A stretch of 64,000 nucleotides of DNA from Guillardia theta CCMP2712 (Eukaryota; Protista; Cryptophyta). The notes beneath the pieces are model-generated. The model had not been told where the DNA came from. It worked only from the letters and a program-made list of their open reading frames with translations, and searched no databases. Positions within the stretch are counted from its first letter, which is position 1. Every line of letters begins with the position of its first letter. The stretch spans positions 484,878-548,877 of the forward strand of contig NW_005434661.1 of the NCBI RefSeq assembly GCF_000315625.1. The letters run 5' to 3'. Of the stretch, positions 12,865-25,615 are shown piece after piece. Position numbers and translations under genes: made by a program.

Positions 12865-14663
12865 GAAAGTCATGACGTTGCCTGCATCTCTTCTTCTTCC
12901 TCGCGCTCCTCCCCTCACTTCCCATCCGACATGGCACGCTGCGAAGCAAGGAGGAGCCACCAGCTCTGATACAGATGCTCCGAGGCAGCAGTGAGCCCCC
13001 TTTGGTTCATGCTGACAAGGTCAAGCCCGTCCGATCATGAGTTCCAGCCGATGCCCCCGGGAGGCAACGCCATGCCAAGTGCGCCGCTGCTGACCGACCG
13101 TGAGCAGCGATATGCGGCTGCATAGGGTCGCAGATGCGGAGCAGATGCAGGGGGCAGTATGACTGGAAGGAGGAGGGGAAAATTCCTCTAGTCGACGAGG
13201 GCTCCTCCCCGTCGCTGTCCTTACCCGGCGCCGGCCCTCCTGACATATCCGACATGACGAGGCAGCTGGATTGACAGCCGGCAAGATACTGGGGCAGAGG
13301 TTGCTGTGAGATTGGGTAGCGAGACAAGGCACTAAAAGCTGGCCAGCTACTTTGTTATAACCCATCAGAATCACTAGGTGGGTGAACGACTTAGAACGAG
13401 TTGATAAACATCTAGAGAGAGTCAGCCGCTGCTTGAAGCAACCGAGGTCGAAGATACCGTGAAGCTCTTCTATCCTTTTCGTCGTCACATTCGCCGGTAA
13501 ATCCTGACAGCAGAGCTTAGGGACTCCCGTGGTCTTGCATGAGGTCCTTCACCTCGAGAAGACGTTGAAGAGCCAGTGGAATCGGCCCGATCCTGCTGTC
13601 GTCAGAGAGGACGAAAGCGTGATAAGGGGGTTCACCATTCGTCTTGAAACGATTTCAAGTCTCCGTGCTGCTCATGACATTCCTTGGCATACACGAAAGC
13701 CTCCAGCAGACCTTTGCGGGCAATCGTCTCCTTGTCTTGGTTGTCCTTCACCTGCAAGGGTTTCACTACTTCCACAGTGACGAGGATCGGAGAACCTGAG
13801 AGGCGAGGTAGTCTCGAAACCTCTTGATGTCACCGTCCACCATTTTTGAAGTCTCCTCGTCCACTTGATCTTTTCCTAGCAAGGCAACTTCAGCTTGCAT
13901 CCAAGAACCAGGCAGTTCGACACTTGCTGGAAGCTTCTGCGACGAGTCGACGTTCTATACTAGCACTGATCAGGGGAGTCGGCGATGGCTAGAGGTCACC
14001 TTTCCGTGTGATTGTACATCAGTTCGAGGCCTCTTGCTTGCTGGCGGATTCTGATCTTGTTTGTGAAGAAGAAAGTCGTCTGGGATGTTTGAGCAGGCAA
14101 ATCGAAACAAAATGCAGACATAACACCCTCAGGTAGCCGCTTTTGTTCGTGATGACAAGCCTGTATCCAGCTACAACAAATCATTCAAACGTTTCTGCGC
14201 CTCTCTTCATACTCTGTTCTTACGATGAAGCAACCTTGCTGCCTTGCTTGGGCAATTTTGGGAGTTCCGTCGAACTTGCAGACAACATGAGTCGTGTCTG
14301 TGGTCACATCTTGTCGATATTGAGCTCCCATGGCACATGCCAAACTTCGGAGCTCAGCACGCTCAGGGTTCACAAGTCCGCTGAGAGCAAAAACAACCTA
14401 AGGTGCAAGCTTGTCTGTCAGCCCCTCGACTACATTGTACTATGATATTCTAGGTTCTTAAAGTGGATGGCTTTCAGGAGCTCTCTTATCCCTATCCTTA
14501 CCTTTGTCTGCTGAAGGCGCATATCAAGATCTCCTCGTCCTTTGCTTTCTCGTCCTCTCGCTCGCTCTTGACAAGGTTAAAGACTCCCTGTCCCTCCTCG
14601 TCTGCCACCACGTACTTGTTGTCGTCATCTACTACCTTTTCAGAACCTGCAATTTCCAATATA

Positions 14664-14710
<47 letters not shown>

Positions 14711-14966
14711 TCTCCTGCTGCTCCTGCTGCTCCTGCCCCCCCCTGCTCCTACTCCTGATGCTCCTGGTCATGATCCTGGTACTCCTGCTTTTCCTGCTCC
14801 TGGTCCTCCTGGTCCTCCTGGTCCTCCTGGTCCTCCTGGTCCTCCTGGTCCTCCTGGTCCTCCTGGTCCTCCTGGTCCTCCTGGTCCTCCTGGTCCTCCT
14901 GGTCCTCCTGGTCCTCCTGGTCCTCCTGGTCCTCCTCCTCTCCTTCACCTCACTCAGCGCCGGCAT
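12841..14966 (-). CDS. XRCC1: XRCC1-like DNA repair scaffold (BRCT domains)
   Basis: NPERAELRSLACAMGAQYRQDVTTDTTHVVCKFDGTPKIAQARQQGCFIVRTE..WIQACHHEQKRLPE closely resembles XRCC1 BRCT1. A likely second BRCT lies near 13000-13320 (PLPQYLAGC...HIAAHG). Confidence 0.7.
14664..14938. repeat. (CTCCTG)n and (CCTCCTGGT)n tandem repeats in the first intron of the XRCC1-like gene
   Basis: Directly visible. They give the spurious collagen-like GPP ORF on the + strand. Confidence 0.9.
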
Positions 14967-15869
14967 CTTGGCATTTTACGATGGTGGATTCCACCCATAA
15001 CGGAAAGGTAACGGTTATCACAACATGTACCAACCTTGCGAAGTCAACAGCATCCACCCCCCCCTACATCCTTCGAGTACCCCCATCTGTGAGGGTACCT
15101 CTTCTGCCGTTCCCCGGACCCACCCCACCCCCCATGAGCTTCCATTCCAATCTTTGTCACCCCCCTCAAACTCCATTTAAACTACCCCCCTAGGTACTGA
15201 ATGACCCCCTCGTACATACCCTACCCTACTTCCATTTACCCGACTCCACTGTAGTACCCTATGACTTCCTCTTACCCTACACCTCTTTACCCACCCCCTA
15301 CTTTACCCTCAAAGTACCCCGTCATTGATACTCCTTACCTACCCCACCACCCCATGGTGATTCGCAGCGCTTGCCGCTCCTCATGCTATTATGAGCAGAC
15401 GGCAGCGCCTCCTCCTGCCCTCCTGCCCTCCCCTCAGACAGCTTCTCACCTTCTTTCTCTTCCCGTCCATGCCTATTTCCCTTTCTCCCCATCTTCCGCT
15501 GCCTCCCGCCTCTCCCGCTCCTCGCTTTGCCCAACTCGGTCCTCGAACCTCGCGTCCCCTGATCCGTTCCCACCTGCCTGTACACCCCAGAATTTTTGTC
15601 GATTTCGAGGAAACAAACGCTCTCTGATCACAGATCGATGAAGTTCGATGCTTATGACTCGCTGTGCTAGCTAGTCTTCGCTGTCCTCCATTGACACTAA
15701 CGCGACCGGGTTGCTGATCGAGGGTTATGTTGGCAGGGGATGCTGGATTGCAGCTGAAGGGCTGAGGAGATATTTGTAAGGAGCACAGGACCGAAGCTTT
15801 TGAATTGCTTGTGAGGGTTTGCCGGTGCCAGCTGCCCAGAGAGACTCAGTGGAGTTTGCAGGTCGAGCG

Positions 15870-18800
15870 ATGACTTCGGTTCATATTACAGCGAGGGTCT
15901 GGTTGAAGGTTTCAAACCTGAAATGGGTGGGAGGGATAGTCGAGCAAGTGCACGAGAGGTCGCGTTGCTATCTAGCAGGCTCTCAATCTTTGACACCTGT
16001 GTACAGGGAGCTTGTGATCGCCACTGAAGATGGAAAGCGAGTCACTGTACCCAGAGGAAGTGATAAAGTGTCACAGAGGACACCGCAAGGGATGGAAACA
16101 GTGGATAATTTGACTCTTCTGCCAGACCTAGACGAACCCAACATGCTGCATAGCTTGATGCAACGTTATCTACAGAATAAGATCTACACTCGAACAGGGC
16201 CGATCCTGGTGGCAATGAATCCGTGGCAAGAAATCAAAATCTACAGTCCAGAGATTCTGCATTCGTACCGTAAGCATCAAATCGATAATACATCCCCACA
16301 CGTTTTTGCAATCAGTGAATCGGCTTTCATGAACTTACAAACAACGAGGAAGGACCAAACAATTCTTGTGAGTGGAGACAGTGGATCAGGAAAGACGGAA
16401 AGCACAAAGTTCATGATGCAGTACTTGGCAGCGGTCGCCCATCACACTGCTACGACAGCAAACACTGAGCAACAAGTTTTGCAGTGCAACCCAGTGCTCG
16501 AAGCATTCGGTAATGCCAAAACATTGAGGAATGATAACTCCTCTCGATTCGGAAAATACATCGACATTTCCTTTGATGATAGATTTGCACTAATTGGTGC
16601 CAAGATTGACACCTATCTCCTGGAGAAGTCTCGCGTGGTGGGACAAGAAGAAGGAGAAAGAAATTTTCATATTTTCTATCAACTTTGTACGCAAGCTGGT
16701 CAAAACATCCCCCTCACACAGGCACTTGGACTGAGGTCCGCGGAACACTTCTCGTACATTCGGAAGGGATGCAAAGTTTCAGTAGGATACAGGTAAACAG
16801 AAAGCTTGTTGTATAGCCGGTTAACAAAGCATACTACAGGCCTGCTACATCCTTTCAAAATACGCTGGCTGCTTTGGAAGCGATCGGCATTGCAGCTGCA
16901 GAGCGAGACTCAATTTTCAACGTGCTGGCTGCTGTGTTGCATCTTGGCAACATGACGATAGGAGCAGACAAGGAGGGAGGAGCCGTTGTGAGTGCAGATG
17001 ACTACGAGTCTAAGATTTGCGCCAAATTGTTGGGATGCGACACGGAAAAGTTGGTGGCAGCGCTGGTTGTGCGGCACATCCAGGCTGGTCCAACAGTAGG
17101 CGGCGACTTCTATCGTGTCTCTCAGAGCCAGCAGCAGGTTGATCTTCATGCCTCTGATCATTTTAGATTAACTGCTTGACAGGCTGTTGACGCACGTGAT
17201 GCACTAGCTAGAGCCTTGTATGGGAACTTGTTTGACATGCTGGTTTCTCGAATCAATCAAACTCTGCGTTATGAGGTCCAACATGGATGTATTATGGTGC
17301 CTTCTGAGTATGTGGTAACAGGTCGGGACGAAGACAAAGACGATTTCGATCTTGGACATCTTTGGTTTTGAGCATTTCAAGACGAATCACTTCGAACAAT
17401 TTTGCATCAATTACGCAAACGAAAAGCTGCAGGGGCACTTCAATGAATTTAACTTTTCTTTGGAAATTCAAGAATATCAAAAAGAGGATATCCAATGGAG
17501 CTATGAAGACTTCTACTTTCAGACAAACACGAAATGCATAGAAATGATAGAAGCGAAGAGGACGGGGATGCTGGCTCTGCTAGACGAACAATGCTTAATG
17601 CCAAACGGCAACGACGAGACTTATTGCACGAAGCTGAAGAGTGAAATTCAAGACAACCCTTACATTTACACCGCAAAGATGAAGGGAACGCAGTTTACTC
17701 TAAAGCACTACGCAGCTGAGGTAGTTTACGACGCTCAAGGCTTCTGCTTCAAGAACAAAGACCCGGTACAGCCCTCTATGCTGGAGTTGCTCTCAACCTC
17801 CCACAATGAGTACATTCGACAAATCTTTCAAGATCATCTAAGCAAGATGGAGCAGAACACCAAGAAAGGACCCAAAGGGCAGTCATCGCTCTTCTTCGAG
17901 AGTGTCACGTCAAAGTTCAAACGCCAGCTCACCGATTTGATGATGAGGATCAATGCCGCTCAACCTCATTTCGTCCGTTGCATCAATCCCAACTCGCAGA
18001 AGGAGCCTGGAAAGCTTGAGCCGGAGATGATCTTGGATCAGTTGCGATGCTCAGGCCTCATGGAAGCTGTCAGAGTCTCTCGCGCTGGTTTCCCTGTGCG
18101 CGTGCTGCACCAGGACTTCACCTCCAGGTTCTCCATCCTCGTGCAGCCACCTCCGGGTGACTTGAGGGTCGCCGCGACTCACATGTGTCGGTCGCTGAGA
18201 ATGCCCGACGAGCACTACAGGGTCGGCAAGACTAAGATCTTCATGCGCCGAGAGATATACGACAAGCTTGAGGAGGAGAGGAGTAGACTGCTTGTTGGGC
18301 AGGTGAAGATCCTGCAGCGGGTGGTCAGAGGTCACCTCGCCCGCATCGTGGTCAAGAAGATTCGATTGCTTCGCAAGGCGTCGTGTGTCACAATCCAGCG
18401 GTTTATCCGCATGAGACTGGCAAAGCAAGTTTACCTGGAGTTGCTCGAGCGGAGAAGGCGAATGCAAGAAGCTGAAGCAAGAGCCAAAGCTCAAGCGCTT
18501 CCCTCGCCTTCTTCACTAGACTCAAACGTCCAGCAGCATGCTGAGAACTTTCATGGCGGTGCCATGTCGGACAACTCTCCTTCCTTACCGGGTCGTAGCC
18601 CTCGAAGCCCCACCAGGGTTGGATACCTCTCGCGGTCCCCTCAGATGGACATGCAGGCGAGGATCATAGAGGAGCTCGAGGTGCAGCTGACGTCTGTGCG
18701 AGAGCTCTACTACAACGAACGCGCAAGTCAGCTGGCGCTCTCTAACCTCGTGAGAGAAGTTCATATGCTCAAGGACCCCGAGGAAATCGTGAAGCGCATT

Positions 18801-20237
18801 AAGGCGTTGGAGGACAAGATACAATCGCAACGGCAGGAGCTTGCTTCCACTGCACCGATTGGTCAAAACAGATTCGAAGACGAAGGTCTCGGCAGGAGGA
18901 CAGACTCGCTGACAGCGTGCCTGGCTCTACTGGAAGACAAACTTCACCTGCTGTTGCAGGTGCAGCAACACAACCAGGGCCAACATAGGATGGACTACTC
19001 TCGCATCCGCTCGGAGATTGAACGCGAGTATCAAGCAGAAGTTGCCATGCGGTTCAAGGCGGCGAGCGACATGCAGATGCGACTGGAGAAGTGCCAAGAG
19101 GAGCTGAGGAGGCGTGACGAGGAAATTCTGGACCTGAACGGGAAGCTGATTCAAGTGCGACAGACCCTGTCACAGAGGGACACAGAGATCACGCAGCTGC
19201 TGAATCGAGCAGATCAACAACTGATGGACCGACTGCGAGCGAGAGACTTGGAGGTCGAGAACCTGGAGGCGATCAAGAACAAGATGATGACTGACCGAGC
19301 TGTCCTCGAGTCCATCATCAGAAACGAACGCAAGCAGCGGGAGGAAGAGTTCAACGACATGGACGCCAACATTCGCGCGCGAGATGACAGGATCAAGGAG
19401 CTGAGTGAGCGCCTGGACGAGCAGCTGCATCGATGTGAAGCGATAGAGAAGAACCTGACGGCTGAGATGAGCAGAAGACTGTCGAGCAAGGACATGGAGA
19501 TTCAGTCCAAGAGCAGCAAAGTCGACGAGCTCACGTCCAAACTCTCAATGCTGCAGGCTCAGATCTCTTCCAATGGGGCGAGCGCGTCTGGTCAAGGCAA
19601 CGAAGCTCTACAGAGAGGGTACGTGGAGTTGAAGCAGCAGAACCATCGGCTGCTGCAGGAGAACGCGATCCTTGAGAGCAGGTTGAGCAACTTGGCGAGG
19701 ACCGTGAGTGTCTGTCGGAGGTCCGACGGTCTGAGAGGTGACGTTGTGAGGCAGGCTGGGTCAGAGCTGGTGAGGCGAGGTGTGGATCACGAGCGACTCG
19801 ACGTCATGGCGAGGATGATCAACGACGTAGCAGAGGCTCATGACGCGTCTGTGGTGCGGGAGAGAACCCTCAAGGTTTTGGAGCATCAGCTGCGAGACGT
19901 GAGGAAGCATCCAGCTCCTTGCTTGCTTGACTCGCCTTGCAGATCAACGAGCAGCACAAGAGAGTGATGGACTCAGGTGACTCCGGCTGGGAGCAGCAGA
20001 TCGTCGCTCAGCGTCGCTTCATGGAGGTTGTTGAGCCACCTCCCCGTACCGACCTCTCCTTCTTCCCTCTTCCTTCTCGACTCGCTCTGACCCTTTGCAT
20101 CTCTTTCTTGCCAGGCTGTTCGCAATGTCATCGGCCGCCTCGGCCCGTCAGCTTCTCTCATACGCGAGACGCCGAGCGACTTTCAGTTTCTCGCCATGAA
20201 TCACGTGCAACAAGCTCCTGGGCCTTGGAAGATGTGA
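15870..20237 (+). CDS. Myosin heavy chain (SH3-like N-terminus, motor, 2 IQ motifs, long coiled-coil tail)
   Basis: IYTRTGPILVAMNP, P-loop SGDSGSGKTES, LEAFGNAKTLRNDNSSRFGK, DIFGFE, FEQFCINYANEKLQ, PHFVRCINPN, QLRCSGLMEAVRVSRAGFP. IQ motifs LQRVVRGHLAR and IQRFIRMRLAK. Confidence 0.97.
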
Positions 20238-20375
20238 CGAGCGTGACGACGCGGCACCTCAAACTTTACTCACTTTGCATTAACTTAGTTGCGCATGGCT
20301 TGATTTGCAACAGCCTGTAGAAATACATGAGATCAAACTCGACAAGCTCAGCAATCCACCTGCTCTTCTCCTTTC

Positions 20376-20990
20376 TCACTGCAGCACACAACACGAGCTA
20401 CTTCCTGGCACTCTCTCCGTGCTCGCGACATTTCCGTCGACATGTGAGTACCAGACGGCGATGGCTTGAATGAGCTCAGGCTTGTCGATCTCTCCGTTCC
20501 CGACGATGTCCGACTTCTTCATCACCCAGTCTACCTCCTCCTTGGTCGGCTCGTCCCCGTCGTTGAGCTCAGTCAGAACCTTCTTCAGCTCCTCCCAGTT
20601 GAGTCGCCCTCGCTTATGCACGTCAAATCTAGAGAACACCTCGTCGATCATCTCGCGGTTCTCCTGGTATGATTGCCAAGCATGCGCTGCCGCTGCGAAC
20701 TCTGGTGGTTTAATTTCCATCTTCCCGGAGACCCACTCGGGGTTGAACTTCCCACCTTCCTTGGTCGCTGTCTGAATCACCCACTGAACTTCAGTGTCTG
20801 TTGGAGCCCGACCCTGACTGATGTCTTTCAGATACTCTTTCAGCTCCTCAAAGTTCAATCCGCCGGATTTGCTCTTGTCCCAGGTTTTCAGAACAGTTTG
20901 CACGTATTTCTCATGATTCTTTACTTTTTCATAGAGCTCCTTTCTCTTCTGGCACGCTTGTCGCTTCTGTATCAAAACCAAGGAAGCCAT
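20376..20990 (-). CDS. Calmodulin-like EF-hand protein with C-terminal CaaX box
   Basis: EF loops WDKSKSGGLNFEE, FDVHKRGRLNWEE and SDIVGNGEIDKPE. Ends SSSCCVLQ*. Confidence 0.85.
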   Translation of the reverse strand: MASLVLIQKRQACQKRKELYEKVKNHEKYVQTVLKTWDKSKSGGLNFEELKEYLKDISQGRAPTDTEVQWVIQTATKEGGKFNPEWVSGKMEIKPPEFAAAAHAWQSYQENREMIDEVFSRFDVHKRGRLNWEELKKVLTELNDGDEPTKEEVDWVMKKSDIVGNGEIDKPELIQAIAVWYSHVDGNVASTERVPGSSSCCVLQ

Positions 20991-21117
20991 TGGTATGCTA
21001 GCTGCTGTTCGCTTCTCCCTTGTCTGCCTCAACCTCTTCCTCCACTTTTGTAGGTAAACCTGTTTAGACCCTTGTTTAGACCCTCGCTTTCACTCGTGTT
21101 GTCCTGCTTTGAGGTGC

Positions 21118-21218
21118 CTTGATCTTCTTGTTTTCTGATCTTCTTGTTTTCTGATCTTCTTTTTCTGATCTTCTTGTTTTCTGATCTTCTTGTTTTCTGA
21201 TCTTCTTGTTCTGATCTT
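21118..21218. repeat. ~17-bp tandem repeat (TTTTCTGATCTTCTTG-like)
   Basis: About 6 degenerate copies visible. Confidence 0.85.
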
Positions 21219-21410
21219 CCTGTGTTTCTCCTGCTCTCCAACGCTGTTGTACAGTTGACAAATAATTTTGGACGTTTTAACTTCTGATTTAGAAAAAAAC
21301 AAGAAAAAAATCGTCAGTTAATGACCGTTATCGCCGTTACGGGGGAATATTCAGCTGAGTAGGCGGCCCCGGGGGACTGTGACGGACTTGTGAAGACTTG
21401 AATACTGAAG

Positions 21411-21670
21411 AATACTGATGATACTGATGATACTGATGATACTACTGATGATACTGATGATACTGATGATACTGATGATACTGATGATACTGATGATACT
21501 GATGATACTCGGATGATACTGACTCAGATGATACTGATGATACTGATGATACTGATGATACTGATGATACTGATGATACTGATGATACTGATGATACTGA
21601 TGATACTGATGATACTGATGATACTGATGATACTGATGATACTGATGATACTGACTCAGATGATACTGAT
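21411..21670. repeat. 9-bp tandem array (ATACTGATG)n
   Basis: Directly visible, with occasional ACTCAG/CTCG variants. Confidence 0.95.
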
Positions 21671-21745
21671 CGGTCGGACTCACTGCTTGAAGTTGTTCAG
21701 TTCTGTATGGTACTCGAGTGATGAGAGACAAGTGACACAGTACTT

Positions 21746-21860
21746 TACTCAAAGTTAAGTTAAAAATCAGTACGAGGACAATCAGGAGAGTCGAGGAGGC
21801 TTGACCTGGGCCTGACCGTACACTGACGAGTCGCCGCGTGACTGGCCAAAAGTGACGGCC
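21746..21860 (+). mobile_element. Dispersed repeat copy A (non-coding, MITE/SINE-like)
   Basis: 21746-21806 matches the reverse complement of 39696-39756 at 60/61 nt. The match continues with small insertions. Confidence 0.75.
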
Positions 21861-22069
21861 GCCCCGCGGCGGGCCGGCGACCGTACGCCGCCGCTGTCGG
21901 TACGGTCACCGTGAAGTTACAGTACGGTGGGCCTACACGAAATTCCGAAGTTCAACGGCGCCGGGACCTCAATCGGACCCGCTGCGTGCAGTTCAAGTTT
22001 AAGGCGGCCCCGGGCCGGCTGCTCAGTGCCAGTGACTGCCGGTCGGATCGGACGGGCCGCGTAGTTTAT

Positions 22070-23245
22070 CTAGTGATCTAACTCATACTCAATGATACCT
22101 AAGAAGCCTCGATAAAGATCGTCTAACTGAGCTGAAACGATTACATTAGTGTCATCTCAAGGCGTGTGTTCAACAGCGCTCACCTTCTTTGAACGGCATC
22201 GGCTGGTTGAAAGTCGTCCCGGTGGTGATGAGGATGTTTGCGTCTCGTTCCGTCACGTTCTTGTCCTTCTTGTCGATAAAGGGGCCGTCGAATATGCTGC
22301 GAAGCCTCAGGAGCGAGGAGGGTAGCACAGGGTCAACCTTGAATCTCCGAGAAGGTGATACCCGACGGCGGTGTCTTCGTTCTTGCTGTGAATGTAGAAC
22401 GCTCTTGTCTGCCCCCCCGAGATCTTGACGCCCTCTTTGAGATCATGGGTGACATGCAAGCGAGCAGCACATCAACTGGGAAGAGAAGCGAAAGGGCGCA
22501 AGCTGATACACACCATCTGTGAAGGGCAACTTCCCGTACTCCCCATGCTCATGACCAGGAATGTTCACCTGCGCTGATTCAACGACAGACAGACACACTT
22601 GCACGCAAGATACTCGAAACCCTCCGCCGCATGCTGTCCATTTGGTCTCATCCTGAAACGAATGCTCCCAGGGTTGAGGGCAGGTGTAAATGTCATAATC
22701 AAACCTGTCGCAACATCAGAGCTTCGGTCTGTTGCTTTACAGCTCTCACGGCCCGCCGTCTGCAGAACAGATTTGAACCCCGGTGATGACAACACTCCTT
22801 TTTGCTACAATGTTGAACATGAATCCATGAGCGCCATAATCCTGCAACCTCTCTTCTTCATCGCCTGCAAATCGCTAGTGTCGCAATCTCACCACGCCTT
22901 CGTCTTGATCCGCTGTTCGGAGGCTATACTGAGGGGCAGGTTCGAGGCTGTATCCATCTGTCGTTCTGTAGAAGTTGATATCTGCATCGGAATGAGTGAG
23001 ATCATACTAAGCGCTCCGGCATGCTCTGTCTCCTCCTCACCTTTCATCGCATCATTGAGGCGCCCTGGCCCGAATTCCTCTTCCTCATCCGATTCTCCTC
23101 CTCTCAACGTCATGGCACGTGCTCTCTTCCAGCTCGCAAGGCATGTTCGACTGGCATGGCCTTCCGTCTGCAACCCCCCCACCCCTCCATTGCTGCTCGC
23201 CATGCCCACAAGCGCAAACACGACCAGAGTCGCATCGTGAAGCAT
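22070..23245 (-). CDS. Signal-peptide + LRGG protein with C-terminal beta-rich domain of unknown function
   Basis: Exon 1 reads MLHDATLVVFALVGMASS...MTLRGGESDEEEEF. Later exons: GAHGFMFNIVAKRSVVITGVQI, TRAFYIHS, RGFLGIIEYELDH*. Confidence 0.65.
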
Positions 23246-23749
23246 TTCTCTGATCCTGGGTGGATCGGGGGGGTGGGGTGCCAAAAGAGATTTTCGAGGG
23301 GGTGGGGGTCAGCATTCCACCAGGCAACACCGGGTATGCAACTAACATGCAGATTCTCAACGGTTGGGTCAAGAGAATTGCGGCACATGGCAGGCGAGAG
23401 CCTGGAGCAGGGAGAGGGAGAGGGAGAGGGACAGGGACAGGGAGAGGGACAGGGACAGGGAGCCTAGGAGGGAGAGGGAGCCGCTAGGAGGAAGAGGGAG
23501 CTACGGAGCCTGGGCAGCGGAGGGAGAGGGAGGATGGGTGTAGGGGTGAAGGCGGGAATGAAACAACACTGTATTTTCTTTGCTTTACTTCATGTTCTTT
23601 ACTTGATGTCTTTGAATGGCTCGTTAAACTTTGACAAGATTCGCTGGCAACTAAAGATCTATCAGGTCGAAGCGATGCGCACAAATAGACCAGCAAATCA
23701 ACAAGAAAGCAGGTCTTGATCGACAACCCTCCGGTTCGCCAAGGCAACC

Positions 23750-25545
23750 ATGCCTCCGGAGAAACTTTTCAGTGATGAAGGAGAGAATGACAAGGAGGCT
23801 CTGGCCTATGTCAGAAAAGCTCAGTTTTCCCTGCGAGGGTGGATGTGCGAACTTCTTGCTTTCATCATCTTCCTCGCAGCTTTTACGGCTTCTACGATGA
23901 TGTTTAAAGACAGGGGGCAAACACATCACCTCGAAGAGCTGTTCAGGTCTAAGATTGTCCCATCTGAGAGCATTGCTACACCTGAAACCTTCTGGAAGTT
24001 TGTGCTCAACAACGTTGGCCAGGTGCTGCTGGTGAACAACACTGCCTTCACCAACAACAGCTTTGAGTTCGGCAACATGTACGTGCCGACTGGCATCAGG
24101 CTGCGACAGCTGAGGGTCGGGGAGTCCGTGTGCTCCCGGACAGCCAAGAGGCTCGTCGTGCGTCAATGCTACGGCACCTTCAACTTCCACGACGAAGAGA
24201 AGACCTTCCTAGGAACCGACGGCAGCTCCCCTCAAAACCTTCCTGCCAGGGTTTCGAGCGCCTTCCAATGGAAGGTAAGGAAGCAGCCAGCAGTCTCTGT
24301 CCCCCCTTTGCTCCAGCACCTGCCTGACTGTCTTGCAGGACTCCACAGAGACAGACGAGATCATTCAGTGGGGGTACTTCGGCCTCTATCCTGGAGGAGG
24401 GTTCTTCATTGACATCAACAACTACCCGGACCTTCTGGCCATCGTTGGTGACCTCCAGCAGCATCAGTGGATAGACATCAAGACTCGAGTGACTTTCGTC
24501 GACTTCGAGGTGACCGTCTCCTCCCCTCCGCTCCGTGACTTCCTCGCTAGGTTTACAGCGCCAATCTTGACGTCTGGATGACCTCGCGGACCATCTCGGA
24601 GTGGCTGCCTTCCGGCGTAGTCTCCAGCTTCTTTCAGTTTCGAGCGGTGAAGCTAGATCGCTACAACCTCGTGACAGCATGGGATCACATCTTGGTCGGT
24701 CTTGAAGTTCTTGTCGCCATCATGGTGGTGTGGCATCTCATCCAAGAAGTTGTCGAGCTGATCAATCAGGTTCTTGCTCTTGCTCTTGCTCTTGCTCTTG
24801 CTCTTGCTCTTGCTCTTGCTCTTGCTCTCCTCTTGACATGGTTTCTGAAGGGATGCTCCACTTATGTCACCAACTTCTGGAATTTCCTCGAGCTCGCAAA
24901 CATATTTTTCCTGGGGGTTGTCGGACATATTCGAANNNNNNNNNNNNNNNNNNNNNNNNNNNNNNNNNNNNNNNNNNNNNNNNNNNNNNNNNNNNNNNNN
25001 NNNNNNNNNNNNNNNNNNNNNNNNNNNNNNNNNNNACGTCTCCTCCCTCCTCGCCTCTCCTCTCCTCTCCTCTCCTCTCCTCTCCTCTCCTCTCCTCTCC
25101 TCTCCTCCTCCTCCTCCTCCTCCTCCTCCTCCTCCTCCTCCTCCTCCTCCTTCCTCCTCTCCTCCTCCTCCTCCTCCTCCTCCTCCTCCTCCTCCTCCTC
25201 CCTCCTCCTCCCTCTCCTCTCCTCTCCTCTCTCTGCTCTCCCCATCCCATTTCCTCATCTCCTTTTCACCTCCTCATACCTCGAAGAACCTTGCATTCTG
25301 GGTATCGCAAGAGGACAACTTCATTGCCATCTCAGCTCTCATCATGTGGCTCAAGGTAGCTCGCTTCTTCACTCCTGCTCCTGATTGTCTGCAGCTCCTC
25401 AAGTTTGCTCGCCTGACCACCCGCCTCAACCGTATCGCCCACACGGTGAGTCGCCTCCCTCTCAGTGCGCAGACCTCACGGTTGGAGCAGCTCAAAAGAG
25501 CCTTTCCGGACGTGATCGCCTTCGTCTTTATCTTTCTGGTGTCGC

Positions 25546-25615
<70 letters not shown>

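Noticed and set aside
14463-15011. Collagen-like (GPP)n ORF
   Set aside because: It is the antisense reading of a 9-bp intronic repeat in the XRCC1-like gene, with no signal peptide or collagen context.
21351-21758. (HQY)n/(ILM)n ORFs or a CRISPR-like array
   Set aside because: A head-to-tail 9-bp satellite with no unique spacers and no cas genes, in a eukaryotic context.
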